The notes under the pieces are model-generated. The model did no database searches. It was not told the DNA's origin and saw only the letters and a program-made list of their open reading frames with translations. DNA of 64,000 nt from an uncultured Chloroflexia bacterium (lineage in GTDB: Bacteria > Chloroflexota > Anaerolineae > CG2-30-64-16), in assembly GCA_963810095.1 (NCBI GenBank), contig CAWEMM010000006.1, forward strand, positions 1,472,001 through 1,536,000, given 5' to 3'. Each line of letters begins with the position of its first letter. Position 1 is the stretch's first letter. Position numbers and translations under genes: made by a program. This document shows, piece after piece, positions 12,101-22,651 of the stretch.

Positions 12101-12490
12101 GATCAGCGATACTGCGTCGCCCGAGTTGCTCAACCCGTTGCCGATCGGGCCGCCCAACGACACCAGCGCGCCTGCAAAGCCCGGGTTGGCCGCGAGAAAA
12201 TCCGCCTGGTTCGAGGCGACCACGAGGAACTGGCCGGGCGCAATCGTCACGCTCGGCAGCGCGTCGGTGCTCTGGTTGTCGCGCAGGCTCCAGCCGAGCA
12301 AGCTGGCGGGCTGGGCGGTGGGGTTGAACAGTTCGACGAACTCAGCCCCGGGCTCAGGTGCGGCGGGGTCGTACAGCACCTCGGTAATCAGGAGGTGGTT
12401 CGCAGTGGTCCCGTGAATGGCGCTTGGGGCCAGAAAGAGGGTCAGGAAGAGCAGGCTGACCAGGGAAGCGACCAGGGCGCGGCGAGGCAT
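9115..12490 (-). CDS. Secreted protein with four lamin-tail (LTD) domains, Pro/Thr linkers and C-terminal OB-fold(s); one apparent frameshift near 9279
   Basis: Signal peptide; 4x (L/I)(S/T/N)E(V/I)xxDP...E(F/W)(V/I)E(L/I)xN; TPT repeats; IYLQDETGGIKVY; the corrected frame ends YRIIPRFKSDV...LPVTG. Confidence 0.85.
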
Positions 12491-12620
12491 GATTTACTCC
12501 ACCCTTTTCGATGACGGCGGCGGCACGATGGGTGGAAGAGTGAAGCTTCCGGGCGCGATGATACACCCTGCCAAGCATGGAGTGTCAAGTTGCGGCGCGC
12601 GCGGGATGAGGGTGGGCAAA

Positions 12621-12651
12621 CAAAAGCGCCGCCCCCAGCCGGGGCGGCGCT
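12621..12651 (-). terminator. Intrinsic terminator of rpoD
   Basis: AGCGCCGCCCC-loop-GGGGCGGCGCT hairpin followed by a U-tract on the minus strand. Confidence 0.75.
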
Positions 12652-12684
12652 CTCAAGTCTCCGTCTGTGTAGGCTACCCTCGTC

Positions 12685-13914
12685 TCACGTCAGGTAGTCA
12701 CGCAGCTTCCGGCTGCGGCTCGGGTGGCGAAGCCGGCCCAAAGCCTGGGCCTCGATCTGCCGGATGCGCTCGCGGGTGACGCCGAACTTCTTCCCGACCT
12801 CTTCTAAAGTGTACGAGTACCCGTCGACCAGTCCGAAACGCAGCTGCAGGATGCGAACCTCGCGGGGGGTGAGCGACTCGAAGATCTCGTCGATCACCTG
12901 GCGCAGCATGGTCTGCGAGGCGGAATCGGTCGGGCTTTCGGCCTCATCGTCTTCGATGAAGTCGCCCAGGTAGCTGTCCTCTTCTTCGCCCACTGGCATT
13001 TCGAGCGAGAGCGGCCGCTGCGACACCCGGATAATCTGTTCGACCTTGCGGGGCGGCACGCCTAAGCGCTCGGCGATCTCTTCAGTCGTCGGGTCGCGGC
13101 CCAACTCCTGCACGAGCTGCCGGCTGGTGCGGGTCAGGCGGTTGATCTGCTCGTACATGTGAACGGGCACCCGGATGGTGCGGCCCTGGTCGGCGATTGC
13201 GCGCGTGACGGCCTGGCGAATCCACCAGGTCGCATAAGTGCTGAACTTGTAGCCCCGCCGGTAATCGAACTTCTTCACCGCTCGAATCAGGCCGATGTTG
13301 CCTTCCTGGATCAGATCCAGGAAGGGCACGCCGCGGCCCACGTATTTCTTCGCCACGCTCACCACGAGGCGCGAGTTGGCCTTGATCAGGTGCTCCTGGG
13401 CGGCCTGCCCATCCTTGACGGCCGAGAGCAGCTTATCGCGCTCGTCGAAGTCGTCGACGCCCTGAGTGAGCTTCTGCCGGGCCTCGCGGCCGCGTTCCAT
13501 GCGCTTGGCCAGGCTGACTTCTTCCTCGGCTGTGAGCAGAGGCACCCGGCCGATTTCCTTGAGGTAGAGGCTGATCGAGTCGTCGATGTCGATGAGGTCC
13601 AGGTCGATATCGACTTCGGCGGGCTCGCTGCGCTCGTCTTCCGAGCCAGACTCGCTCTCTTCTTCCTCACGGAACGGGCTGACCTCGATCCCCTGCTCGA
13701 AAAGGTTCGCGAACAGGTCTTCGAGTTGCTCCATATTTGATTCTGCTTCAGGGAAGGCATTCAGGACGTCGTCGTACGTGACGAACCCCTGTTCGCGGCC
13801 GAGCTCAAACAACTGCTCGGCGGCCGCGCGGGATTTCGCCGGCGCCTCGTCCTGTCCTTCCCCGTCGACTTCGGGTTGGAAGTCTTTTTCTTCGTCTAGT
13901 GCGCTCATCGGCAC
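12685..13914 (-). CDS. rpoD: Primary sigma-70 factor RpoD/SigA
   Basis: Region 1.1, [42 protein letters not shown] and [20 protein letters not shown]. Confidence 0.97.
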   Translation of the reverse strand: MPMSALDEEKDFQPEVDGEGQDEAPAKSRAAAEQLFELGREQGFVTYDDVLNAFPEAESNMEQLEDLFANLFEQGIEVSPFREEEESESGSEDERSEPAEVDIDLDLIDIDDSISLYLKEIGRVPLLTAEEEVSLAKRMERGREARQKLTQGVDDFDERDKLLSAVKDGQAAQEHLIKANSRLVVSVAKKYVGRGVPFLDLIQEGNIGLIRAVKKFDYRRGYKFSTYATWWIRQAVTRAIADQGRTIRVPVHMYEQINRLTRTSRQLVQELGRDPTTEEIAERLGVPPRKVEQIIRVSQRPLSLEMPVGEEEDSYLGDFIEDDEAESPTDSASQTMLRQVIDEIFESLTPREVRILQLRFGLVDGYSYTLEEVGKKFGVTRERIRQIEAQALGRLRHPSRSRKLRDYLT

Positions 13915-14181
13915 ACTCCTTCAGCTACGACCAGGGTGCATCTTCTGGCGAAGGGCTGGCCCGGTCGAGTTGTCCTCTCGCCGGAGCCGGGGAACAACTG
14001 CGCACCCCGTTCGTGGGGCACTTCAAGGTCAGGGCCGCCACGCTCGTACTCGCACATGTGACGGGCATCGGTCAAGCGCGGCAGGCATTCCAGGCGTGAC
14101 GCGGGCGGTGAGGCGGCGTCACGCGTTTTCTTTGCTGCCCATTCTAATCACAACGCTTAAATCTTAACGTGGTCTATGTTA

Positions 14182-15099
14182 CTAGTCGTGCGCCATCTGT
14201 CCCGGACCGCGCTCGATTGGACTCTTAAAATCGTATATGCCGTCGTCAATAGCCCAGACGGTACGGCAGGTTTGGCAAGTTAACGTAACGCGGGTGGCCG
14301 CAAGTTCCAGGCCCTGGCAGCTTGGGCAGCAGAACGGGCTTCCGGCTTGCACCGGGCCCGGCCCCGGCCGGCGCGTGCGCAGGAACACACTCGGGGCGAG
14401 TTTCCACGCTGCGCTCAGCTGCTGGATGCCGCCATCCATCGCGGCCAGTGTTTGCGCGGGCACGAGGCGTTTGAGTGCAGGCTGGCGGAAGTGGGACACG
14501 GCACGGCCTGCTTCAATTTGAAAGCCGGCGGCTTGCAACTGCTCAGCCATCCAGGCCGGGTGAAAGTCGAAGTTCAGGCGGGCGAACTCATAGGGCTGTG
14601 GATCGTACGGCGACCACCGTTGCCGCCGCGCGGCATAGCGGGCGATCGACTTCACGTTGCGTTTGTTAGCGTACTCGACCACGTAGGCGCCCCCCGGCTG
14701 CAAGACCCGCGCAATGCCGCGCAGGGCCGCGGGGATATCCGCCAGGTGGTGCAGCACGCGGACGGTGACGGCCGTGTCGCACGCGCCGGGCGCCAAGGGC
14801 AAGTGGTAGATGTCGGCTGCGACGTAGATGTACCGGTCCGAGCGCCCGAGATGCTCCTGCGCCTCGCGCAGGCCCGACTTGGCGTAGTCGAGGAGGATGA
14901 CCTGGTCGTACCCGGTGTACAAATCCGCCAGGCGACCAAAGCTGGCGCCTAGCTCGACGATGCGGCGTCCCCTGCTTGGCAGCAGGTGGCGTAATGCGAT
15001 CCGCTCGGCCAGGTCCTCGTACTCGCGCCCCTGGCCTTCCCAAAAGCGAGCCCGGTAGCTCGTCCCCTCGTAGTCGCAGATGGCTTGTTCCTGCTCCAA
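14182..15099 (-). CDS. Class I SAM-dependent methyltransferase with C-terminal Trm112-like zinc ribbon
   Basis: IVELGASFGR, VRVLHHL and LQPGG; C-terminal CPSC...CQTC...IDDGIYDF; TTG start. Confidence 0.85.
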   Translation of the reverse strand: MEQEQAICDYEGTSYRARFWEGQGREYEDLAERIALRHLLPSRGRRIVELGASFGRLADLYTGYDQVILLDYAKSGLREAQEHLGRSDRYIYVAADIYHLPLAPGACDTAVTVRVLHHLADIPAALRGIARVLQPGGAYVVEYANKRNVKSIARYAARRQRWSPYDPQPYEFARLNFDFHPAWMAEQLQAAGFQIEAGRAVSHFRQPALKRLVPAQTLAAMDGGIQQLSAAWKLAPSVFLRTRRPGPGPVQAGSPFCCPSCQGLELAATRVTLTCQTCRTVWAIDDGIYDFKSPIERGPGQMAHD

Positions 15100-15119
15100 A
15101 TTGCTCCCGCGCCCCCTAA

Positions 15120-15135
15120 TGTTTCACGTGAAACA
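15120..15135. promoter_or_regulatory. parS centromere-like site
   Basis: Perfect palindrome TGTTTCACGTGAAACA, the canonical ParB-binding consensus. Confidence 0.9.
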
Positions 15136-15339
15136 GCCCCGGATTCGCCCCGCCGCCGTTTGGACTTCCCATTAATTAAACAACAAAGAGCGGTGGCTAA
15201 CCCACCGCCCATAAGGACTTGCGCTTCTGCGCCCATCATTATAGCACGTCCTGTCAATGCCTGACGTGCTCTAAATCATAAGCAAGTGTGATAGACGCGC
15301 CCGTGTTGCATCACGTGCGCGCGGGATCACTGACGCCTG

Positions 15340-15579
15340 TTATGCCGGGCTGCCCGGATTACGATGGCGGTAGACGATCCGGCCTTTGGTCAGATCGTAC
15401 GGCGACAACTCGACGCGCACCCGGTCGCCAAGCAACACGCGGATGTAATACTTCCGCATCTTGCCCGACAAGTATGCCAGAACTTCGGGGCCGTTTTCGA
15501 GCTTTACCCGAAAGGTCGTGTTCGGCAGCGCCTCCACAACCTTGCCATCCAGGGTCAGCTTCTCCTCTTGTTTGGCCAT
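15340..15579 (-). CDS. infA: Translation initiation factor IF-1
   Basis: [19 protein letters not shown]...[17 protein letters not shown]...[10 protein letters not shown]. Confidence 0.97.
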   Translation of the reverse strand: MAKQEEKLTLDGKVVEALPNTTFRVKLENGPEVLAYLSGKMRKYYIRVLLGDRVRVELSPYDLTKGRIVYRHRNPGSPA

Positions 15580-15665
15580 GCCTTTTCACCTTCTCAGTTC
15601 AGGCCGCCGGGATTAATCCGGCGGCCCAAAACGTTGTGCGGGCGCCAGCCGGGCTGGCGTAGCGT

Positions 15666-15878
15666 TTAGCGCATGCTCTCGCGACCCTCGCGACGACGTT
15701 GCGCCTGCCGCGCCTTCCGGATCGCCTTCTGTTTCTTCAGCCGCCGAAGCTCGCTCGGGGGCGTGAACCAGCGCTTCTTGCGAACGGTCGGCAGGATGCG
15801 CTCTTTCATGACCTCCTTGCGGAAGCGCTTGAGCAGCGACTCCTGGGACTCCCCAGCTCGCAGAGACACGGTTGCCAT
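15666..15878 (-). CDS. rpsU: 30S ribosomal protein S21
   Basis: GESQESLLKRFRKEV...RWFTPPSELRR; strong RBS AAGGAGG. Confidence 0.92.
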   Translation of the reverse strand: MATVSLRAGESQESLLKRFRKEVMKERILPTVRKKRWFTPPSELRRLKKQKAIRKARQAQRRREGRESMR

Positions 15879-16102
15879 GCAACTCACCTCCTTCCCCGCC
15901 AACACTTCCAACGCCGGTCACCTTAACAACGGAACCTCACCTTCCGGTGAGGCCCTTGCTTGCCTGCTGCAGAACCGACCTCGACGGTGCGAGCCGCCAG
16001 CCTGTTGCCGGGCTGTAGAGCCGCACGCCGCGTGTTACGCTTCCATCACTCAGGCCATCCGCGCTCCTGTCAGGGACACGTGTAGGATTTTGGGCCGAAG
16101 GC

Positions 16103-16131
16103 AGTATAGTCGAAGGCGCTGCGCCTGTCAA
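16103..16131 (-). promoter_or_regulatory. sigma70 promoter for rpsU-infA
   Basis: TTGACA (16131-16126), 17 bp spacer, TATACT (16108-16103). Confidence 0.75.
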
Positions 16132-16240
16132 AAATAGTACACAATGTGCTCGCTTCGGATGTGCTCGCTCTGGCGCGAGCAAACTCAGAAGCCGGCCCGT
16201 GAAGCCTCGAGGCAGCGGGCGACCGCGCGTGCCTACAATC

Positions 16241-16594
16241 CTACTCCTTCCGCAAGATCTTCTCCATTGCTTTTCCCTTTGCCAGCTCATCGATCAGCTT
16301 GTCGAGGTAGCGAATCTCCTGCATCAAAGGTTCTGAGATATCCTCCACCCGGACGCCACACACGACTCCCTTGATCAATGCCCGAGACGGATTCAGCTGC
16401 GGAGCTTCCGCGATGAAGGTCGCGAAGTCTGACTGTTTCAGCAGCTGGGCCTCCAACTCCTCCTGACGATATCCCGTCAGCCAACGAATGATTTCATCGA
16501 CTTCGGCTTTCGTGCGTCCCTTCTTCTCTGCCTTGGCGACGTAGAGGGGATAAACACGCGCGAAGCTCATCGTATAGATCCGGTGTCCAGTCAT
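16241..16594 (-). CDS. DUF2200 family protein
   Basis: [24 protein letters not shown]...[11 protein letters not shown]...[15 protein letters not shown]. Confidence 0.9.
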   Translation of the reverse strand: MTGHRIYTMSFARVYPLYVAKAEKKGRTKAEVDEIIRWLTGYRQEELEAQLLKQSDFATFIAEAPQLNPSRALIKGVVCGVRVEDISEPLMQEIRYLDKLIDELAKGKAMEKILRKE

Positions 16595-16599
16595 GTTAC

Positions 16600-18267
16600 C
16601 TATTTAGCGCCTTTCTCTCGCCCCGAATCGAGCGGCCGGCCCTGCCGCAGCCGGCGCACCAGTCGCCGCCACGCACTCTCCGCCCCCTTCACTTCCGGGT
16701 CACCCATCTCGCGCGCCGAATAGCGCGCGCCGATGAAAGCCTCCGTCAGTTCGCGCACATCGCCCTCGGTCTCTGGAAACGCTGTGCGGAGATCTTCCTC
16801 GTATTCGAGCGGCGTCTTGTGGGGCGGCCGTGCGACCCCTTCTTCGCCGGCCTCCTGCACCGCGCGCAGGTAGTAGCGCCGCACCTGGTCGCGCGGCAGC
16901 AGCGGGCCGGCAGGTCCCGCCGGTCCGGGTTGGGGCCGGGGCCCACGCCCTCCGGCTCTTCGCAAGCGCCGCCGCATTCGGGTCACCCGCGCGGCAACGA
17001 TGACGTTGATGCGCGCCCGCCGCGCCCGCCACCACAGACGCAGGCGGGTCAGCTGTTTGCCCAGCTTGCTTTCCAGCACCCCCGTCGTGCGCAGGAAGTT
17101 CAAGAGCAGAAAGGCCGCGACCAGCACGACGACGAGCCACAGGAACGCGTTGCCGACCCACGGCGGCAGGTGCACTGTGGCCTCGGGCGGGGTGGGGAGC
17201 ACCGGTCGGGGCGCGGCCGACTGATCGGCGGGCTGCTGCGGGGGGACGCCGAACAGCCGGCTGAGCAGGCCGGCAAGGAACGCGATGATCAGCCCCAGGA
17301 CGAAGCCAACCCCCATCATGACACGGGCGAGCAGCCCAAAGACAAACTCCAGCACGGGCGTCAGCCAACTGGTCTGACCGAGCGGCAGCAGGAGCGCGAC
17401 CAGTGCGATGAGGCCGATGAACAGCAGGCTTGTGGTGTGCCAGCGCCGGATGAGCGAGGGGGCCAACTCCACGTCCTGGTTGTACCACCGGCCGCGCAGG
17501 ACTGCGAGCCGGCCCTGGCTCATCAGAAGCAGGCCCGACAGGAAGTAGCAGACCAGGCAGACGACGACCTCGCCGCGCATCCCCAGCCCGCCCAGCGCGA
17601 CGTGGAAGAGGCCGTTTTCCCCCACCGAGACGTTGAACCGGGTGATCGCCGCACAGGCCACCAGCAGGATGCCCAAGCCGATCCAGCGTGTCGCAAACCG
17701 CTGCAGCAGCTCGGTTCGGGTAGTTGGCCGGGCGGCCCGCCACCGGCTCTGGCTGTCGCCCCATTCGTGGCTCTCCCGGGCGGCTACCTCGTCGGGTTGG
17801 ATCGCCAGCTCGAGGAAGTCCGCTGTCACCGTGGTAGCATAGGACCAGACGAACAGCCAGACGAACGTCGCGAAGATGAAGTTGCCCGTAAAGAAGCTGT
17901 CGGGCTGAAGAAACCACCGGGGCAGGTCGGCCAGCCCGGGCAGGCCATCGGCGAAAATCCAGACCAGGACGCGGGCCGCGATGACCAGCAGAAGCATCTC
18001 GCCAAAGCGGAAAGCCGAGCCTCGGCGGTCGCGCCAGCCCGGCCGTCCGAGAAGCGTCGTCGATATCACGGCCACCGTCGCAAAAAGCATAGCGATCGGA
18101 ATGAGGTAGGGCGACCAGGGTCCACCCAGCCCCCAGCGCAGGACGGCGGGTCCCACGGCCAGGCTGCCGGCCAGCAGCGCAATCAGCACCAGCCGGAAGA
18201 GGCTGACCTGCCACGCTTCGTCCGCGAAGCTGGCAAACACCCGGCCGCCCGCCGGCGACCGCGTCAT
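16600..18267 (-). CDS. Multi-pass membrane protein with C-terminal DUF4129
   Basis: Many TM segments; C-terminal VRRYY...KTPLEY...[11 protein letters not shown]; start overlaps the DUF58 stop. Confidence 0.8.
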   Translation of the reverse strand: MTRSPAGGRVFASFADEAWQVSLFRLVLIALLAGSLAVGPAVLRWGLGGPWSPYLIPIAMLFATVAVISTTLLGRPGWRDRRGSAFRFGEMLLLVIAARVLVWIFADGLPGLADLPRWFLQPDSFFTGNFIFATFVWLFVWSYATTVTADFLELAIQPDEVAARESHEWGDSQSRWRAARPTTRTELLQRFATRWIGLGILLVACAAITRFNVSVGENGLFHVALGGLGMRGEVVVCLVCYFLSGLLLMSQGRLAVLRGRWYNQDVELAPSLIRRWHTTSLLFIGLIALVALLLPLGQTSWLTPVLEFVFGLLARVMMGVGFVLGLIIAFLAGLLSRLFGVPPQQPADQSAAPRPVLPTPPEATVHLPPWVGNAFLWLVVVLVAAFLLLNFLRTTGVLESKLGKQLTRLRLWWRARRARINVIVAARVTRMRRRLRRAGGRGPRPQPGPAGPAGPLLPRDQVRRYYLRAVQEAGEEGVARPPHKTPLEYEEDLRTAFPETEGDVRELTEAFIGARYSAREMGDPEVKGAESAWRRLVRRLRQGRPLDSGREKGAK

Positions 18268-19497
18268 GGGCCACCTCGGCCAGACGGCGCGAGCGCGGCG
18301 GGTGCGCCGCCCGCCTGTGCCTGCCAGCGGCGCAGCTCGACCTCGTCGGCCACCTGGAAGGCGGCGATGCCCAGGCGCCGGCAGCGTTCCTGAACGATTT
18401 GGAATTGCGCGTGCGGTTCGATGGCAATCAGCACGGGGTTCAAACCCGCTCGCCGCAGCCGGTGCAAAGCGCCGCTGATGGCTTCGTCGGCGGTGGGCGT
18501 CACCGCGACGACGGTCGTGCCCCATGCCAGGTCCACGGTCGCCTGCGGCAGCCACTCGGCGAGGGGCCGGCTCTCCAACGGTTGCACCCGGGCCAACCAC
18601 TCCAGCAGCTTCATCAGGTGGCCGCGGCCCGGCTTGGGCGGGATGGCCCAGCACTCGGTCTGCGTCAGTTCGTCGCACCCATTGCTGCCCAGCCCCACGT
18701 GCTGCCGCTGCTCGATCAGGTAGTTGGCCAAGGACGCGGCGACGACAATCGCCCACTCGGAGGCGAGATAGCGTAGGTGGCGCGAGTACGCGGGCGTGTA
18801 GAGATCGAGGAAAATGGCCGTGGTCAGCGATACGGCCGGTTCGGTCTTCTTGACCTGCAGCCCGCTGGAACGCGCACTGGTCTTCCAGTCAATCGTGCGC
18901 ACGGGGTCGCCGGGCTGGTAGGGCCGCACGCCGTTTACGCGCGCAGGGTCGGCGAAGATTGGCTGGCGGCTGGCAATCGTGCCGTAGGGTGCGCGCGAGG
19001 TTAACGGCGCGGCCGTCATGGGGATCACGCGTGGATACACCACGAGCGTACGGCGCTCGTCCACGGCCCCCTGCACCTCGACGAACCCGAAGAGGTCGCC
19101 CGAGGTGACGCGGCCCGGTCCTACCTGGTAGAGCCCTCGCTGGCCGCCGAAGAGATCGTAGTGCAGATCGACCGTTTCCTTTGGCCCGAGCGCCAGCGCG
19201 TGGATCAAGCCGCCCGCTCCCGGTCAGCTCCGAGGGCGAAGACTCGTCATAGCGGACCCAAGGCGCTGGCAGCAGGCTCGTGTTCGTGATGCTGACGTGG
19301 ACGGTCGAGCTTTCGCCCGTAAAAATATGGTCGGTGAAGCGGCGGGTGACATGGAGATGCTTGAGGCTGCGCGCCGACCACCAGCGCGCCAACCCGTAGG
19401 AGCCGGCCAGGACGTAGACGAGGTAGAAGATGATGTCCATCCGGAGGACGATGGCCACGACGAGCAGGAGCAGCAGGACGATGGGCAGCTCGGACAT
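18264..19497 (-). CDS. DUF58 (MoxR-associated) protein; apparent frameshift near 19205
   Basis: N-terminal TM, LVVYPR and VRPYQPGDPVRTIDWKTSAR. Confidence 0.85.
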
Positions 19498-19498
19498 G

Positions 19499-20236
19499 CT
19501 AGTCGTCTTCGGCGGCTCCCGCCGGCGCGCCCTCCGGTTCGGCGTTGGCGCCCCTGGCCGCCCGGGCGGGTGGCTCGACGCCGGCAATCACGATCACAAA
19601 CTCGCCCTTGGGCTTCGAGCGGCGCACGCCGGCCAGCAGCTCGCTGATCGAACCGCGCTCGACCGACTCGTACAGCTTCGTCAGCTCGTGCGCCAGCGCG
19701 GCCCGGCGGTCGCCGTACACGGCCAGCGCATCTTCGAGGAAGGACTCGACCCGGTATGGGCTTTCGTAGAAGACCAGGGTGTGTGGGGAGTCAAGGTCGG
19801 CGCTCATGAAGCGACGGCGGGGGCCGCCCTTGTGTGGGGCGAAGCCGCGATAGGTGAAGCTGTGGACGGCCAGGCCGGAAAGCACGACGGCCATGACCAC
19901 CGCCGAAGCGCCCGGCGCCATGCTGACCGGCTGGCCCGCGGCAATCGCCCGCTGCACGATGGTGTAGCCGGGGTCGGAGATGCCCGGCGTCCCGGCCTCG
20001 CTCACGATCGCCACCGACTTGCCTTCGGCCAGCAAGCCGATGATCCGCTCGCCCGCCCGGTCTTCGTTGTGCTCCTGGAAGGTCATCTGCGGCTTGACAA
20101 TGCCGTAGTGCTTTAGCAGGATGCCGGTCTTGCGGGTGTCTTCCGACGCGATCATGTCGACGCTCTTCAGGATCTCGAGCGCCCGCACCGTAATGTCGCC
20201 CAGATTGCCGATGGGCGTGGCCACAAGGTACAGCAT
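19499..20236 (-). CDS. rsmI: 16S rRNA C1402 2'-O-methyltransferase
   Basis: [46 protein letters not shown] and KGEFVIV. Confidence 0.95.
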   Translation of the reverse strand: MLYLVATPIGNLGDITVRALEILKSVDMIASEDTRKTGILLKHYGIVKPQMTFQEHNEDRAGERIIGLLAEGKSVAIVSEAGTPGISDPGYTIVQRAIAAGQPVSMAPGASAVVMAVVLSGLAVHSFTYRGFAPHKGGPRRRFMSADLDSPHTLVFYESPYRVESFLEDALAVYGDRRAALAHELTKLYESVERGSISELLAGVRRSKPKGEFVIVIAGVEPPARAARGANAEPEGAPAGAAEDD

Positions 20237-20237
20237 C

Positions 20238-21183
20238 TCAGGCCTTCCCCAACTCGAGCGGGATTTGCGTCAACAACTCGTCGACGATGGCCGTTGCCGT
20301 CCGGCCGCGCAGCGCACTCTCCGGGTGGACCAGGCACCTGTGCGCAAGCGTGAGCGGCGCCAGCTTTTTTACATCATCCGGCAGCACGTAATCGCGGCCC
20401 TGCAGGGACGGCCCACGCCTGGCTCGTCTTGTAAAGCGCGAGCGAGCCGCGCGGACTGGCGCCCAGCAGCAGGTCGGGCTGGGTACGCGTTGCCTGCACA
20501 AGCCGGACGATGTAGTCGCGGACGGTCTCGTCGACGTGGACTTCCCACACCCGGCCGCTCAGCTCGGGCAGACGGGCGCCGTCAAACACGGGCTCCACGG
20601 CCGCGATGGGATGCTCGCGGCGCAGGTTGAGCAGCATCTGGCTCTCGGCGCTTGCCGGCAGGTAGCCGAGGCGCATCTTGATCAGGAACCGGTCCAACTG
20701 GGCTTCAGGGAGTGGGAACGTGCCTTCGTACTCGATCGGATTTTGTGTGGCGAGGACGATGAACGGGCTGGGCAGCGGACGCGTCACGCCGTCGACCGTC
20801 ACCTGCCGCTCGCCCATGCACTCGAGGAGCGCAGATTGGGTACGGGGCGTGGCCCGGTTCACCTCGTCGGCGAGCAAAATGTTCGAAAAGGCCGGGCCGG
20901 GGATGAACTCGAACTTAGCGTTCACCTGGTTGTAAACCGACACGCCGGTCACGTCGTTCGGCAGCAGGTCGGGAGTGCACTGCAGGCGCCGGAAGGTGAC
21001 GCCCAAGGAAGCGGCGACGGCACGGGCCAGCATCGTCTTGCCGACGCCGGGCACATCCTCGATCAGCACATGCCCTTCGCAGAGCAACGCCGCGAGGATG
21101 AGCTGGATCGCCTCCCGCTGGCCGATGATCACCCTCTCGATACTTGCGACAACGCGCTCTGCAAAGTTGACGATGTCATTCAC
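20238..21183 (-). CDS. moxR: MoxR-family AAA+ ATPase; apparent frameshift near 20405
   Basis: [65 protein letters not shown] and [11 protein letters not shown]. Confidence 0.93.
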
Positions 21184-21232
21184 TGGTCTGCTCCTGCAAG
21201 TCGGGCATCAGGATATCATAGAAAACTGCCTC

Positions 21233-21280
21233 TTGACAAAAGAACAAGCGTTCACTATAATGTCTTCAGAACAAACTTTC
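21233..21280 (+). promoter_or_regulatory. lexA promoter with two SOS boxes
   Basis: TTGACA (21233), 17 bp spacer, TATAAT (21256); GAACAAGCGTTC (21242-21253) in the spacer; GAACAAACTTTC (21269-21280). Confidence 0.88.
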
Positions 21281-21306
21281 GCTGCTGGAGACCCAAGGAG
21301 AAACAG

Positions 21307-21951
21307 ATGAGCCTTTCTGATCGCCAGGTCCGCATGCTGGCCTTCATTCGATCTTATCTCGAAGAGCATGCCTACCCGCCGACGATCCGGGAGATCGGTA
21401 AGGACGTCGGCATCCCTTCCACCTCGGTGGTTAAGTACAACCTCGAGCGTCTGCAGGAAAAGGGATACATCGAGCGCAGCGGCGAGGTGTCGCGCGGTCT
21501 GCGGCTGAAGGATGGTCCCACGTTCGGCGGGCACTCTGACGGGGTGGTCGAGATACGCAAGATGGGCGTGATCGCGGCCGGCCAACCGATCGCCGCGTAT
21601 GGTCAACAGGACGACCCGTATGCGGGCGACACGCTGACGCTGACGACCGACCTCGTGCCGGACCCGAGCCAGGTGTACACCCTGCAGGTCAAGGGCGACT
21701 CGATGATCGACGCGTTGGTCAACGACGGCGATTGGGTCGTCATTAAGCACCAGAATACGGCAAAGCCCCATGACATGATCGTGGCGTGGATTCGGGATCG
21801 TGAAGAGACGACGCTTAAGTATTACTATCCGGAAGGCGAGCAAGTCCGGCTCCAACCTGCGAACCCGAAGTACGAGCCGATCTACGTGAGCGCGGAGCAG
21901 CTCGAGATCCAGGGGAAGGTCATTGCAGTAGTTCGCCAGCTGCCCGACTAG
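21307..21951 (+). CDS. lexA: SOS repressor LexA
   Basis: YPPTIREIG wHTH, IAAG cleavage site, VKGDSM (Ser) and TLK (Lys). Confidence 0.96.
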   Translation: MSLSDRQVRMLAFIRSYLEEHAYPPTIREIGKDVGIPSTSVVKYNLERLQEKGYIERSGEVSRGLRLKDGPTFGGHSDGVVEIRKMGVIAAGQPIAAYGQQDDPYAGDTLTLTTDLVPDPSQVYTLQVKGDSMIDALVNDGDWVVIKHQNTAKPHDMIVAWIRDREETTLKYYYPEGEQVRLQPANPKYEPIYVSAEQLEIQGKVIAVVRQLPD

Positions 21952-21970
21952 CGCTCGGTAAGGTGCGTCG

Positions 21971-22651
21971 ATGGGCGGCCCTGGGGCGATGCGGCTACCC
22001 CGCGCGTTCTATGCGCGGGACAGCGTCACCGTGGCACGGGAGCTCCTGGGCACGCGGCTGGTACGCGTCGTCGATGGCGTCCGGCTGGGCGGCCTGATCT
22101 GCGAGGTCGAGGCGTACGGCGGGCCCGACGATCCTGCCTCGCACGCCTACCGGCGCACCGGCCGCAGCGCCATCATGTACGGCCCTCCAGGCTTCGCCTA
22201 CGTTTACTTCATCTACGGCGCCCACCACTGCTTGAACGCGGTCACCCATCCCGACGGCGTGCCGGGCGCGGTCCTCATCCGCGCCATCATCCCGGACGAA
22301 AACCTCGCGCTCATGCGGCTCAGGCGCGCGCTGCCGCCGGCCTCGCCTGCCAATCCGCTGCGCGGGGTGGCAGACGGTCCGGGCAAGCTATGCCGGGCGC
22401 TGGGGATCACGCTGGCGGAGAACGGCCTGGACCTGGCCGAGAGCGAGGCGCTGTTTATCGAGGCGGGCGCAGAGGTTCCGGCGAACGAGGTAACGGCAAC
22501 GCCGCGGGTGGGCGTGGGCGGGGACCCTGAAGCGAAGTTACGCCCCTGGCGCTTTCATTGGCCGGCGGGGCAGCAGCCGGCGCAGCGTCGCGATCTCGGG
22601 CGTGCGCAGCACGACGGCGACGAGGAGGAAGACCAGGCCGCCGATCATTAG
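21971..22651 (+). CDS. mpg: DNA-3-methyladenine glycosylase
   Basis: ARELLG, EVEAY, AYVYFIYG, AVLIRA, GPGKLC and PRVG...PWRF; the start may be 21989. Confidence 0.9.
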   Translation: MGGPGAMRLPRAFYARDSVTVARELLGTRLVRVVDGVRLGGLICEVEAYGGPDDPASHAYRRTGRSAIMYGPPGFAYVYFIYGAHHCLNAVTHPDGVPGAVLIRAIIPDENLALMRLRRALPPASPANPLRGVADGPGKLCRALGITLAENGLDLAESEALFIEAGAEVPANEVTATPRVGVGGDPEAKLRPWRFHWPAGQQPAQRRDLGRAQHDGDEEEDQAADH

